DNA of 64,000 nt from a bacterium. GTDB taxonomy: Bacteria; UBA8248. Below the pieces are notes generated by a model. It had not been told where the DNA came from. It saw only the letters and a list, made by a program, of their open reading frames with translations, and did not search any database. Shown in pieces: positions 46,309 through 56,202 of the stretch. The stretch's first letter is position 1. Each line of letters opens with the position of its first letter. The stretch is taken from assembly GCA_965207065.1 (NCBI GenBank), contig OZ242260.1, positions 3,840,001 through 3,904,000 of the forward strand, read 5' to 3'. The position numbers were made by a program, and so were the translations under genes.

Positions 46309-47496
46309 TCAATTCCCTCGAATCGAGATCACCTTCCCGCGCTCGCCACCCGCCACATAGCGGCCCCACTGCTCCATCAGGCGCACTCGCTTGGCGAATA
46401 GATCGGAGCGCGCATAAGCCCTTTCCGTGGCGTCCCCGACGTGGTGCGCCAAGCATAGCTCCATGACGGCGTGTTCGGCGTTCGTTTCCTCCGCCGCCCA
46501 CACTCTGAACGATGATCTGAAACCATGCACGACTGCTTTCTCAGCGAGGCCCGTGTCTCTCAGGATTTTTGTTAGGCCCATGTTTGAAATCGGCTTGCCT
46601 TTCCGCACGGGCGACGGAAAAACCAGTCCGCTCTCATCGCCTAGCAGCTTTGCTTTTTCCAGCACGGCCAGAGCCTGATCGCTCAAGGGCTGTCTGTGCT
46701 CGCGTCCGCTCTTTGCGCGGCTGGCGGGGATACGCCACGTCCGCGCCTCGGTGTCAATTTCAGACCATTCCGCCAGCCTCGCTTCCCCAGAGCGGCAAGC
46801 GGTAAGAATCACAAATTCGAGACACGCCTTGGTGCTCATCGACGCTTTACTGCCCCTCACGATTTCAAGCGCTTCGGGAACTTCTGCATACGGGAGCGCC
46901 CGGAAATTCTCCCGGACGGCGGGCATACTCGGGAGCGCGCCGGATACCGCCTCTCCCGCCACGTTCACTTCCACCAGTCCATGCGACAGCGCCCATGATA
47001 GAGTCGCCTTGATCCCCCGTCGCAGTTTCCGGCCCATTTCCGGCTTAGAAGTCCACAGAGGAGTCAAGATGTTCAGCACGTCCTCGCGGCCTACCTTGTC
47101 CACGGGTAGATCGCCGATACGCTGGAAGGCGTGGCGCTCTAAAATCTGCCACCAGTTCTTTCTCACCTTATCGTTGCGCCAGCGCGGGGAGAGGGCCTCA
47201 TGCGTCCGCTTCGCCGCTTCCCGGAATGTAGGAGTCTTTGCTTTGCGTTTCTCCGTCAAGGGGTTATTCCCGTCTGCCACGGCGACCCGATTCTCGAATG
47301 CCTTACGCCTCGCTTTTTCGAGAGAAACGACCGGCCATCCCCCTAGCCCGATATCGCGTCTGCGTCCTTCAATCGTGACTCTTTGAATCCAATTTTTCCC
47401 ACCGGAAGGCGTTACGTTCAAAAAGAGAGTTCCGCCGTCGCTGTAGCGACCCGGTTTTTTGATGCCTCTCACCTTCGCAACTGATAGATTTCCCAT
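46309..47496 (-). CDS. int: P4-type tyrosine integrase with arm-binding domain
   Basis: YSDGGTLFL, GLGGWPVVSL; catalytic R (ACRSGE), K, HGFR, LAH, AY all present. Confidence 0.95.
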   Translation of the reverse strand: MGNLSVAKVRGIKKPGRYSDGGTLFLNVTPSGGKNWIQRVTIEGRRRDIGLGGWPVVSLEKARRKAFENRVAVADGNNPLTEKRKAKTPTFREAAKRTHEALSPRWRNDKVRKNWWQILERHAFQRIGDLPVDKVGREDVLNILTPLWTSKPEMGRKLRRGIKATLSWALSHGLVEVNVAGEAVSGALPSMPAVRENFRALPYAEVPEALEIVRGSKASMSTKACLEFVILTACRSGEARLAEWSEIDTEARTWRIPASRAKSGREHRQPLSDQALAVLEKAKLLGDESGLVFPSPVRKGKPISNMGLTKILRDTGLAEKAVVHGFRSSFRVWAAEETNAEHAVMELCLAHHVGDATERAYARSDLFAKRVRLMEQWGRYVAGGERGKVISIRGN

Positions 47497-47511
47497 GCCC
47501 GTTTTCTCCCA

Positions 47512-47566
47512 TAACCCACGATTTAACCCACGTTCGATCGCGGACTTTAACGGACTCGAACGGACT
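47512..47566. promoter_or_regulatory. Arm-type repeats and 10-bp phased CGGACT repeats
   Basis: taacccacg at 47512 and 47524; cggact at 47541, 47551 and 47561. Confidence 0.65.
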
Positions 47567-47659
47567 TGTCAAGACCCAAAACCGCTTGTAACTAACTGAT
47601 ATATTTATATTTATTGTTTAGGAAAAGACCTTGCCGGTCTTCATCGGACTATAAGGAAA

Positions 47660-47743
47660 TGCCGGAGGCCGGACTCGAACCGGCAAGGGGTTGCCCCCGG
47701 TGGATTTTGAGTCCACTGCGTCTACCAATTCCGCCACTCCGGC
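47660..47743 (-). tRNA. tRNA-Leu(CAA), CCA not encoded
   Basis: GCCGGAGTGGCGGAATTGGTAGACGCAGTGGACTCAAAATCCAC...GGTTCGAGTCCGGCCTCCGGCA; long variable arm. Confidence 0.97.
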
Positions 47744-47818
47744 AGAAAGAAAATGTAACTTAGCCTCTCCTCATGCCTTCTGGCAAGATGTGTCTCGATT
47801 TTTCGCAGCGTGCGAGAC

Positions 47819-48055
47819 TCATCCACCATATTCCGACCAGGTCGACGCCGAAACCTCCTGCGCATCCACTCGCCAGGAAATGGAATCCTCACACCCAGGA
47901 CACAAAACGATAAAGCGCCCCTCCGGGTCTTCTTCCATCTCGTCCCTGAACACTTTGAGGCAGTTGCGGCAATGCACCCGGCTGCAGGCGGTACACGCAT
48001 TCGGGTGCGCATGCTGAAATCGCAAACCACATGCGGGGCATTCATGAGTTTCCAC
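47819..48055 (-). CDS. Small protein with four CxxC pairs (Zn finger-like)
   Basis: CPAC, CTAC, CRNC, CPGC in 78 aa; GTG start with purine-rich RBS. Confidence 0.6.
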   Translation of the reverse strand: METHECPACGLRFQHAHPNACTACSRVHCRNCLKVFRDEMEEDPEGRFIVLCPGCEDSISWRVDAQEVSASTWSEYGG

Positions 48056-48177
48056 ATCTTCCCTTTCATCGCCGCGCAAAACACGTATTCATGGCGGCGT
48101 CTTCGAATCTTTGCTACATTTTCCTGAATCCAAAATCGTCAAATTACTCGCACTTCTACGGAAAGGATGAATATACC

Positions 48178-48951
48178 ATGATAATCGACACGGACCGCCT
48201 GGATGATTACGAGATTCTCGACTTGAGCCACCCCTGGGGGCATGGCGCCCCGCTCTGGCCCTACTTTCCCGATGTCAAGATCGAAAGGTTTCACTATCAC
48301 GCCAAAAGCCAGGTGCTGAGCCAGCAAATCACCACGTTCATGCACTGCACGACCCACACCGACGCGCCCGCACACGTCATCGAGGGCACGCCTTTCATGG
48401 ATGAGGTACCGCTGCAAAGCTATTTCGGCAACGCCGTGTGCGTCGATATTCCAAAAGAGGAATGGGAAGTCATAACGCCCGAGGACCTCGAGAACGCAAG
48501 GCCGGAGATTCGCCCGGGCGACATCGTTATCGTTCATACCGGATGGCACCGATATTACGGCGACAACACCAAATACTTCATCTACTCCCCCGGTCTGTAC
48601 AAGGAGGCGGGCGAGTGGTTCGTGGAGCGCGGCGTCAAGGGCGTGGGCGTGGACCAGCAGGCGCTCGACCATCCGCTTGGGACGAAAATCGCCTGGGGGC
48701 CCCAGCCCATCTGTCCGTTTACTATCGAGGAATACGAGCAACGCTTCGACCGCCCCACGAGTGAGGCTTTCCCCGATTGGGAGCCTTGCCACCGCGCGCT
48801 TCTGGGGAATGGAATCGTCGGCTTCGAGAACGTGGGGGGAGACATCGACAAGGTCGTGGGCAAACGATTCGCGCTCGCGGCATTTCCCTGGCGGTGGACG
48901 GGCGGTGACGGCTGTATCGTAAGGATGGTGGCGTTTTTGCCGAAAAACTAA
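48178..48951 (+). CDS. Cyclase/kynurenine formamidase family metal hydrolase
   Basis: DLSHP, HCTTHTDAPAH, PGDIVIVHTGW, FENV, GGDGCIVR. Confidence 0.88.
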   Translation: MIIDTDRLDDYEILDLSHPWGHGAPLWPYFPDVKIERFHYHAKSQVLSQQITTFMHCTTHTDAPAHVIEGTPFMDEVPLQSYFGNAVCVDIPKEEWEVITPEDLENARPEIRPGDIVIVHTGWHRYYGDNTKYFIYSPGLYKEAGEWFVERGVKGVGVDQQALDHPLGTKIAWGPQPICPFTIEEYEQRFDRPTSEAFPDWEPCHRALLGNGIVGFENVGGDIDKVVGKRFALAAFPWRWTGGDGCIVRMVAFLPKN

Positions 48952-49280
48952 CCGGCAGCTACCGGTTCTGGTTTTTTCTTGCTGGTCTGCTTCGGGGTTG
49001 AGCCGTTCGAGGCCGCCGTTTCTTTCTTCTCGGTGGATTTATTCTCTGATTTCGAATCGGAAGCGGTGCTCTGAGACTCGGTCTCCGGCTTTTTACCGTT
49101 CGAGGCGTAATCCGTCACATACCAGCCATCGCCTTTGAGGTGGAAGGCGGAGCGGGAGATTTTGCGTCTGAGTCTGAGCGCACCGCAACTCGGGCATTTC
49201 CGGAGAGCGCCGGCTCCCATTTTCTGAATGACTTCGTGATCATCTCCACATGCGCTGCATTCATATTCGTAAATCGGCAC
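48948..49280 (-). CDS. FmdB-family zinc-ribbon protein
   Basis: MPIYEYECSAC...CPSCG...FHLKGDGWYVTDY. Confidence 0.92.
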   Translation of the reverse strand: MPIYEYECSACGDDHEVIQKMGAGALRKCPSCGALRLRRKISRSAFHLKGDGWYVTDYASNGKKPETESQSTASDSKSENKSTEKKETAASNGSTPKQTSKKKPEPVAAG

Positions 49281-49299
49281 TTCCCGTTTCTCCTCGTCG

Positions 49300-50214
49300 T
49301 TAAATGAAGGTAAGCCAGTCGAGCTTGCTCTCGTCTCGCCCGTTCACAATTTCGAAAAATGTGGATTGAATCCTCTTCGTCACCGGGCCGGGCTCTCCCG
49401 CGCCGATAATCCTGCCGTCCACCTCCCGGATGGGAGTCACCTCCGCCGCCGTTCCCGTGAAGAAAGCCTCATCCGCCACATAGACTTCATCGCGTGCGAA
49501 GGGAGCGACCTGCAGTTCCACGCCCTGCTCATCGGCGAGTTGAACGACTGTGTCGCGCGTAATCCCTCCCAGCACGCCATGCAGCGGCGGCGTCTTGAGG
49601 ACGCCGTCCCGAACGATGAAGATGTTCTCGCCCGAACCCTGCGTCACCAGACCTTCGGGGTCCAGCATGAGGGCTTCATCGTAGCCCGCGCCAACGGCTT
49701 CCAGCTTCGCCATCTGGCTAACGGCGTAGTTGCCCGTGGTTTTCGCCTTTGTCATATAACTGTTCGGATGATGGGACGTAAAGGATGAGACCTTGACCCG
49801 AATGCCTTTCGCCAAACCCTCCTCACCCAGATAGGCGCCCCAACTCCACACTGCCACCATCGCATGGGTGGGCGACCCCTTGGGGTTCACTCCCATGGAC
49901 CCGTAACCGAGCCAGATGAGCGGGCGTATGTAGCAAGCCTTCATATCGTTGGTGCGAATCGTCTCCAGAACCGCCTCGGTGAAATCATCCTGCGTGACGG
50001 GCGCGTCAAGACCCACAATCTGCGCGGAATCATAGAGCCTCCGCATGTGTTCCTCGAAGCGGAAAATAGCGGAGCCGCGCTCGGTCTGATAGCAGCGAAT
50101 CCCCTCAAATACCCCCAATCCGTAGTGCAGCGAATGCGTGAGGACATGAATTTTGGCTTCATCCCAAGGGACGAATTCTCCGTCCATCCAAATTTTGTCT
50201 GTTGCGCCTTCCAA
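49300..50214 (-). CDS. ilvE: Branched-chain amino acid aminotransferase
   Basis: HSLHYG..VFEGIR, YIRP, AKTTGNY, GITR, TGTAAEVTP; TTG start behind GGAGG. Confidence 0.95.
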   Translation of the reverse strand: MEGATDKIWMDGEFVPWDEAKIHVLTHSLHYGLGVFEGIRCYQTERGSAIFRFEEHMRRLYDSAQIVGLDAPVTQDDFTEAVLETIRTNDMKACYIRPLIWLGYGSMGVNPKGSPTHAMVAVWSWGAYLGEEGLAKGIRVKVSSFTSHHPNSYMTKAKTTGNYAVSQMAKLEAVGAGYDEALMLDPEGLVTQGSGENIFIVRDGVLKTPPLHGVLGGITRDTVVQLADEQGVELQVAPFARDEVYVADEAFFTGTAAEVTPIREVDGRIIGAGEPGPVTKRIQSTFFEIVNGRDESKLDWLTFI

Positions 50215-50342
50215 AAAAACATCCTCCAGCACTGTGGGATTGTGAGACCCGGAGTTTTGAACAACCGCGCAAGTATAGTGATTTGACACGGATCGGCGCA
50301 AGCCTCCGAGACAAATAAATCATGCGCCATTTCAGGTCATAA

Positions 50343-51332
50343 TCAGTCTTCATAGACCTCGGGATTGAGCAACGTCACGGGATTCACCCGCTCTCCTCTC
50401 ATGACAGCCAGCACGTTCTCGCCGGCCAGCCGGTTCACCCGTTCGCGCGCCTCATGGCTCGCGCCGGCGAAGTGCGGCGTCACCACGGCGTTCGCTAAAG
50501 CGAAAAGCGGATTGTCCGGGTTCGGGGGTTCTTCCTCGAAGACATCAATGCCGGCCGAGCAGATTTCCCCTTCCCTCAACGCGTGCACCAATGCCGCCTC
50601 GTCGATAATCGCGCCGCGCGCGCAGTTCACGAGCACAGCCGATTTTTTCATCAGCCGAAACCTTGGGGCATCGAACATGTGGCGCGTCTCAGGCGTCAGG
50701 CTGCAATGTATCGAAATGAAATCCGATTCGCTCGTCAACCTGTCCAGATCCACGGGTTCCACACCCGCATCACGTATCGCCTCATCGCGCACAAACGCGT
50801 CATACGCCAGAATGCGGCCCTGAAAGCCGGACAGTAGCCGGACCAGTTCCCGCCCGATGTTCCCGAAGCCGACGATGCCGAACGTCGCCCCGCTCATTTC
50901 GTTGGAGATCCAGATTCCCTCGCGCCAGCCTCCTTCACGCAGCTTTTCCATCCCCTGGGGAATCCGTCGGCTCGCGGCCAGCATCAGGCCCAGAGCCGCT
51001 TCCGCCACGGCGACGGCATTCGCGCCGGGGCAGTTCGTGACAGGAATTTTTCGCTTTGTCGCCGCAGGGATATCGATGTTCTCCACGCCCACGCCGATCT
51101 TGGCGATGAGCTTCAGGCGCGTACCCGCTTCGATCACCCGCTCCGTGATTTGCTCTCTCGACGTTACCAGCAGGGCGTCCCATTCATGAGCATCGCGCAC
51201 CAATTCGCCTTCCGTCCACTTCCGGTGGCCGCCGTCACGAAACTCGCCATGCGGCTCCAGCATGTTTCGCAGTGACTCGATGGGCGCGCGCGTCTCGGGC
51301 ACGAAAAAAACGACGTTCTGGTTCAAATGCAC
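50343..51332 (-). CDS. D-2-hydroxyacid dehydrogenase (SerA-like)
   Basis: GVGVENID, GFGNIG, NCARG, DVFEEEP, TPHFA. Confidence 0.9.
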   Translation of the reverse strand: MHLNQNVVFFVPETRAPIESLRNMLEPHGEFRDGGHRKWTEGELVRDAHEWDALLVTSREQITERVIEAGTRLKLIAKIGVGVENIDIPAATKRKIPVTNCPGANAVAVAEAALGLMLAASRRIPQGMEKLREGGWREGIWISNEMSGATFGIVGFGNIGRELVRLLSGFQGRILAYDAFVRDEAIRDAGVEPVDLDRLTSESDFISIHCSLTPETRHMFDAPRFRLMKKSAVLVNCARGAIIDEAALVHALREGEICSAGIDVFEEEPPNPDNPLFALANAVVTPHFAGASHEARERVNRLAGENVLAVMRGERVNPVTLLNPEVYED

Positions 51333-51362
51333 ACCTCCGTTCAGGCACCGCGCGTCAAACTG

Positions 51363-52172
51363 CTAGGTGCCGACAATCAATGTTGATGTTCGATCTCTGA
51401 GGAAGGAAAAAGTCGAGAGATACGTCAATATGCCCGTTCGATAATTTACAGACGGTACGTTTTCAATACGGATAAAAGAACGCCCGAATTCCCCCACCGC
51501 TTCGACCTCGTGGATGTTCCGATTGGCAGTGGGGTCACACACAATCCGCAGTTTCGTCCTGCGCGGCCCAATTCCCGCGAAGCTTACGGCGGCGGATACG
51601 TTCACGTTGGCCGGAAACGCCTTGCACGCTTCCAGGGGGTTCCCCTCAAAAATCACCGTCGGTTCAACGATGGCGTCGAGGTCAATCCCCTGCTCTTCAA
51701 TATAGGGAGCGCCTTTGAGGCTCTCGGGCGGTTTTCGCGTCGTCATGGTGACGGATTCCATCCTGCCGGCGGAAGCCCCCTTGAGACCGTCCAATCCGAT
51801 GATGGCGCCAGAGGGAACAAAAATACGGGAACCTCCCCGCTTCGCCTCTTCGATCAAATCATCGCGCTCGAGAAGCGCGCCCACGGAGTTAATGATTACG
51901 TCTTTCCCTCGCGTGAAACTCTCATGGCAAATCGCCTCTACGGTGTCTCCGCCCGAGGCTTCCATGACGACGTCCGCCTCTTGCGCCACGCCCGTGAGGT
52001 TCGTTATACGCGGCGGACTATTAAGACTCGCCAGAAAATCTTCCACTTTTTCGAGCGTCCGAGTTGCGGCAACAGGTATATCGACGGGTATCTTTCCTTC
52101 ATCCACCGCCTTCACCACGGCCTGGCCTATGACGCCCAGACCCACGACCCCGAGTTTCATCACGTGCTCCAT
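51363..52172 (-). CDS. nadX: L-aspartate dehydrogenase family protein
   Basis: GLGVIG, SVGAL, PSGAIIGLD, TRKPP, FPANVNV. Confidence 0.85.
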   Translation of the reverse strand: MEHVMKLGVVGLGVIGQAVVKAVDEGKIPVDIPVAATRTLEKVEDFLASLNSPPRITNLTGVAQEADVVMEASGGDTVEAICHESFTRGKDVIINSVGALLERDDLIEEAKRGGSRIFVPSGAIIGLDGLKGASAGRMESVTMTTRKPPESLKGAPYIEEQGIDLDAIVEPTVIFEGNPLEACKAFPANVNVSAAVSFAGIGPRRTKLRIVCDPTANRNIHEVEAVGEFGRSFIRIENVPSVNYRTGILTYLSTFSFLRDRTSTLIVGT

Positions 52173-52303
52173 TAGGTTACGGTAGTTATTTCAATAATTT
52201 TACTCCATATACCTCAATCAATACTACAAGGGTTATCAACTCGTTTCATGACGTTATTGTATTCAAACAAACTACAAAATTTACGATGGTTTTCCAAAGG
52301 CGT

Positions 52304-53386
52304 TCAATCAGACTCGCCGATGCGGCTCCCCAAGCCGAGACGCCAATGATCCGCCAAAACGAGCGCCATCATCGCCTCGCCGATGGGCACCGCCCGTGTC
52401 GCCACACAGGGGTCGTGCCGCCCCTCCACTTTCACGGTCGTTTTCTCACCCGACGCCGTCACCGTGTCTTGCTCAATCAATATGGAGGAAGTGGGCTTTA
52501 CCGCGAAGCGAACCACCACGGGCGCGCCCGAGGATATGCCGCCCAGAATTCCGCCCGCATTGTTCGTCCTTACACTCGTTTCACCGTTTTTCATCTCGAA
52601 TGGATCGTTGTTCTCGGAACCCCGCATCCCGGCGGCCCGGAAACCGGAGCCGATTTCCACTCCCTTCACCGCGTTGATGCTCATCATCGCCGCTGCCAGA
52701 TCGGAATCGAGGCGCCCATAGAGCGGCTCGCCCCAGCCAGGAGGAACCCCATCGGCCTGAACCGTGATGGCCCCGCCTACCGAATCGCCCGCCTTTCGGG
52801 CCTCGAGGATGGCCGCCTCCATCCGGGACGCCGTTTCCGCGTCCGGGCAACGAACGATGTTCCGCTCTATCTCGTCTGCGTCGAAATGAGCACCATCCCA
52901 GCGAACATCTCCCACCTGATCGACGTAACCCAAAATCGATACGCCGAGATGAACGAGGAGTTTCTTGGCTATTGCTCCCGCGGCGACGCGAGCTGCCGTT
53001 TCCCGCGCGCTGGAACGCCCACCGCCTCGATGGTCACGAATTCCCCATTTCTTGATGTAGGTGAAATCCGCGTGTCCCGGGCGAAACAGGTTGCGCAAGG
53101 GTTCATATTTGCTCGAATCGGCGTCTTTGTTCCGGATGAGTATCGAGATGGGATGCCCGGTCGTCCGGCCCTCGAAAACGCCGGATAATATCTCCGCCCG
53201 GTCCTCTTCTTTCCGCTGAGTCGTCACCCGGCTCTGGCCCGGCCGCCTGCGATCCAAATCTCGCTGGAGGTCGGATTCAACCAGCGGCAGGCCCGCCGGA
53301 CAGCCATCCACTACGACGCCCAAAGCGGGACCGTGGGACTCTCCCCAGGTAGTAAAACGAAACAAACGGCCAAACGTGTTCGACAC
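52304..53386 (-). CDS. aroC: Chorismate synthase
   Basis: GESHG, RPGHAD, RSSARET, GRHDPC. Confidence 0.97.
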   Translation of the reverse strand: MSNTFGRLFRFTTWGESHGPALGVVVDGCPAGLPLVESDLQRDLDRRRPGQSRVTTQRKEEDRAEILSGVFEGRTTGHPISILIRNKDADSSKYEPLRNLFRPGHADFTYIKKWGIRDHRGGGRSSARETAARVAAGAIAKKLLVHLGVSILGYVDQVGDVRWDGAHFDADEIERNIVRCPDAETASRMEAAILEARKAGDSVGGAITVQADGVPPGWGEPLYGRLDSDLAAAMMSINAVKGVEIGSGFRAAGMRGSENNDPFEMKNGETSVRTNNAGGILGGISSGAPVVVRFAVKPTSSILIEQDTVTASGEKTTVKVEGRHDPCVATRAVPIGEAMMALVLADHWRLGLGSRIGESD

Positions 53387-53397
53387 GATTTCCCTCT

Positions 53398-53937
53398 CTA
53401 GCTTCCAGGCTTTGTCAACTCCGCGCGTATTTCAGGCAGAACCGCCGCGACGACCTGTTCTGGCGCGCGCGTGTTCTCAACGCCTAACTTCGCGAGTTCT
53501 TCATAGCGCGGAACGCGCTTTTTGAAAAGCAGACGCAACGCTTCTTCCGGATCCGCTTCGTTTTCGAGATAGGCGGGCCAGCCATCGGCGCGCACCCTCT
53601 CGATGATTGCATTCTCCGGCACCTGGAGATAAACCACGCAATGGGGAGCAAGCAGAGAATCTACGCCCGGCGTCATCGGCGTTCCGCCGCCGAGAGCAAT
53701 AACGAGGTCTTCCCGGCCCAATTGCTCACGCAGCAAGTGATTTTCCAATGCGCGGAAGGATTCTTCGCCTCTTGATCTAAAAACCTCACGAAATCCCAGC
53801 CGTTCTCCCGTCTCCTCGAAATGTCTTTGTTCGATCAAATGGTCGAGATCGTGAAAAGAGAACCCCAATTTATCAGCCAGCAAAGGACCGATGGTCGATT
53901 TACCGCATCCCTTGAAACCGATGAGCACGATGCTCAA
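53398..53937 (-). CDS. aroK: Shikimate kinase
   Basis: [22 protein letters not shown]. Confidence 0.88.
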   Translation of the reverse strand: MSIVLIGFKGCGKSTIGPLLADKLGFSFHDLDHLIEQRHFEETGERLGFREVFRSRGEESFRALENHLLREQLGREDLVIALGGGTPMTPGVDSLLAPHCVVYLQVPENAIIERVRADGWPAYLENEADPEEALRLLFKKRVPRYEELAKLGVENTRAPEQVVAAVLPEIRAELTKPGS

Positions 53938-54923
53938 GAGGAACCCTCCATACGCGATTCCAGTCCCAGATAGCGGGATACCTTATCATGTGTCTTTTCC
54001 AATATAACCCCGGGCTCCTGTTCCCCGGGATCATACCAGTTCACGCCCTTCAGCCTGCGAAACCAGGTGCGCTGCCGTTTCGCGTAGTTGCGGTGCAGCC
54101 TGGATATTGCATGAACCGCCTCATCCTCTTCCATCTCTCTCCTTCGCAATGCGAGGGCCTCCTGGAATCCAAGACCCTCGAACACCCGGGCGTCGGTGAG
54201 ATTATTCTCGGCCAGCATCGCCACCTCCTCCAGCATTCCATCAGAGAGCATCCGCCGCACCCTAAACTCTATCCGCTCAGCGAGCACGGAAGAGGGGTAC
54301 CTGAGACCAATATACAACGGAGAGGCGAACCTGGGCGCTTTTTGTTCGGCGCGCAACCGTGAAACCGGCCGCCCCGTCGCTTGATATACCTCCAAGGCGC
54401 GAACCACCCTCCGCAGGTCGTTGGGATGAAGTTTCGCGGCCGTCTCCGGGTCGACGGCGGCGAGGCGCTCGTGCATGGCCGCACAGCCCCGCCTTGAAGC
54501 CTCCGCCTCCAATCGTTCCCTGATTTCCGGCTGCGCTTCCGGTCCGTCGAAAAATCCCTCCACCAATGCACGAATATACAAACCGCTCCCCCCTACCACG
54601 AGCGGGTATGCGCCTCTGCGGTAAATATCCTCGATGCAAACACTCGCCTCATCCGCATAGCGGGCAGCGCTAAAAGTCTCCCCAAGTTCCGCAACATCCA
54701 ACATATGATGCGGCACACCGCCGCGCTCTTCCATGCCAGGCTTGGCGGTTCCCACGCCGATTCCCCGATAAATCTGCCTGGCGTCGGCGCCGACTATCTC
54801 CAGTGACACTCCCTCCTCCCGGAAGCGCCTGGCCAGCTCTACGCCGAAAGCTGTTTTGCCCGAACACGTGGTTCCCACGACGAGGATGATGGGGCGAGGA
54901 TTTTCTGATGGATAGCGATTCAT
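53934..54923 (-). CDS. miaA: tRNA dimethylallyltransferase
   Basis: GTTCSGKT, DARQIY, GTAKP, GGSGLY, YAKRQRTW. Confidence 0.95.
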   Translation of the reverse strand: MNRYPSENPRPIILVVGTTCSGKTAFGVELARRFREEGVSLEIVGADARQIYRGIGVGTAKPGMEERGGVPHHMLDVAELGETFSAARYADEASVCIEDIYRRGAYPLVVGGSGLYIRALVEGFFDGPEAQPEIRERLEAEASRRGCAAMHERLAAVDPETAAKLHPNDLRRVVRALEVYQATGRPVSRLRAEQKAPRFASPLYIGLRYPSSVLAERIEFRVRRMLSDGMLEEVAMLAENNLTDARVFEGLGFQEALALRRREMEEDEAVHAISRLHRNYAKRQRTWFRRLKGVNWYDPGEQEPGVILEKTHDKVSRYLGLESRMEGSS

Positions 54924-55039
54924 GGGTCGGGAGCTTCAGGCGAAGATGAGTTTCTTCGCCAAGAGATTATATAGCCTTGGCAGCATCTCATATCCACATC
55001 GGGCATGAGAGCGGGCAAATGGGTCGCCTCACTTCAATT

Positions 55040-55567
55040 TCAAAGCGCTTCGAGCGCTTCCTGGAACGCGGCCAAGTCGGCATCCGAGAACAGTACGAAC
55101 TCTATCCGGGTAAGCTTACTCGCCGAAGTTTGCAAGTGCGCCATGCAGGCCTCGAGCATACGGGAGGCGACCAACTTCACATCCAGGCCCCCGACGCCCG
55201 TGCCGATGGCGGGGAATGCGATGCTGCCCAGGGAATTCTCCTCGGCCACCTCAAGGCTCGCCCAGGTGCAGGCTTCCACGATTTCGGGCGATGTTTTAAG
55301 GTCCGTCCCCATGCCCGCCGCATGAATCACGTGCCGGGCGGGAAGTTCGCCGGCATCCGTGATTACAGCATCCCCGACCCGAACCGGCCCTTTGGACACG
55401 GCTTCAGCCTCAATCGCCTGCCCGCCCTTTCTCTTGATGGCGCCCGCAACGCCCGCGCCCATTCGGAGATGGTTGTTGGCCGCGTTCACGATGGCGTCCA
55501 CATCGGATTCGGTGATGTCGCCCTGCCGAAGAACCACGCATCCACGACCGACGAACTTTTCATTCAT
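55040..55567 (-). CDS. Macro domain protein (ADP-ribose binding/hydrolase)
   Basis: GDIT, DAIVNAAN, GAGVAGAI, AFPAIGTGVGG. Confidence 0.93.
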   Translation of the reverse strand: MNEKFVGRGCVVLRQGDITESDVDAIVNAANNHLRMGAGVAGAIKRKGGQAIEAEAVSKGPVRVGDAVITDAGELPARHVIHAAGMGTDLKTSPEIVEACTWASLEVAEENSLGSIAFPAIGTGVGGLDVKLVASRMLEACMAHLQTSASKLTRIEFVLFSDADLAAFQEALEAL

Positions 55568-55627
55568 GAGAGAAATTCCGATTAGGCGGGATTGTCCTGT
55601 AGGACGTGCTGCCTGAAAATCGTTTGA

Positions 55628-55987
55628 TCAGAAGAGGGAATCTTCCTCCGCCGAAGCACCACTACCTGAAGACTCGGGCGCTCCCCCGTCATCCCCGAAA
55701 GAATCGGGCTCTAAGTGATCGACCATCTGTCTCAATTCTTTTCCCGCCTTGAAGAACGGCACATTCTTGGGCGGAATCGCCACCGCCTCACCCGTTCTCG
55801 GGTTCCGGCCGTCGCGGCTGTTTCTCGAACGCACGCGGAAACTACCGAATCCACGCAACTCCACCTTGTCGCCTTGCGAGAGGGCGCCCATGATGCTCCC
55901 AAAAACGATGTTCACAACGCGCTCGGTGTCTTTTTTCGTGAGATTGATTTTCTCAGCTATCTGCTCAACCAACTCGGCCTTGGTCAT
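55628..55987 (-). CDS. ihfB: Integration host factor beta/HU family protein
   Basis: MTKAEL, VELRGFGSF, GRNPRTG, FKAGKEL; downstream of rpsA. Confidence 0.88.
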   Translation of the reverse strand: MTKAELVEQIAEKINLTKKDTERVVNIVFGSIMGALSQGDKVELRGFGSFRVRSRNSRDGRNPRTGEAVAIPPKNVPFFKAGKELRQMVDHLEPDSFGDDGGAPESSGSGASAEEDSLF

Positions 55988-56202
55988 GAGAATCATCATC
56001 CTCCCTGGGAGCGCGATGAATACGTCCGCATTTCGGGGAAACCACGTTTCAGTCTTCTATTTTCGGCTTTCCACCCGTGCAAGATCGCATGACCGGTGAA
56101 TCGGCCAAATGCACTTAAACGACGAACCCCCTCAGGCGGCGAGGCGTCTCGCGATCCGATATTCCAAAATTTCATTGGATGGGATTCATGCCATCCACTC
56201 GA

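Larger units (their letters stand above)
37167..47679 (-). mobile_element. Integrated phage satellite (capsid-forming PICI-like), about 10.5 kb, in tRNA-Leu
   Basis: Flanking direct repeat of the tRNA 3' end; integrase next to the tRNA; alpA; head and packaging genes without tail or lysis genes. Confidence 0.88.

Noticed and set aside
37167-47679. Interpretation as a gene transfer agent, encapsulin or decayed full prophage
   Set aside because: Integrase, att and arm sites indicate a mobile element; portal and terminase exclude encapsulin; intact coupled genes with no tail remnants argue against decay, though this is not formally excluded.
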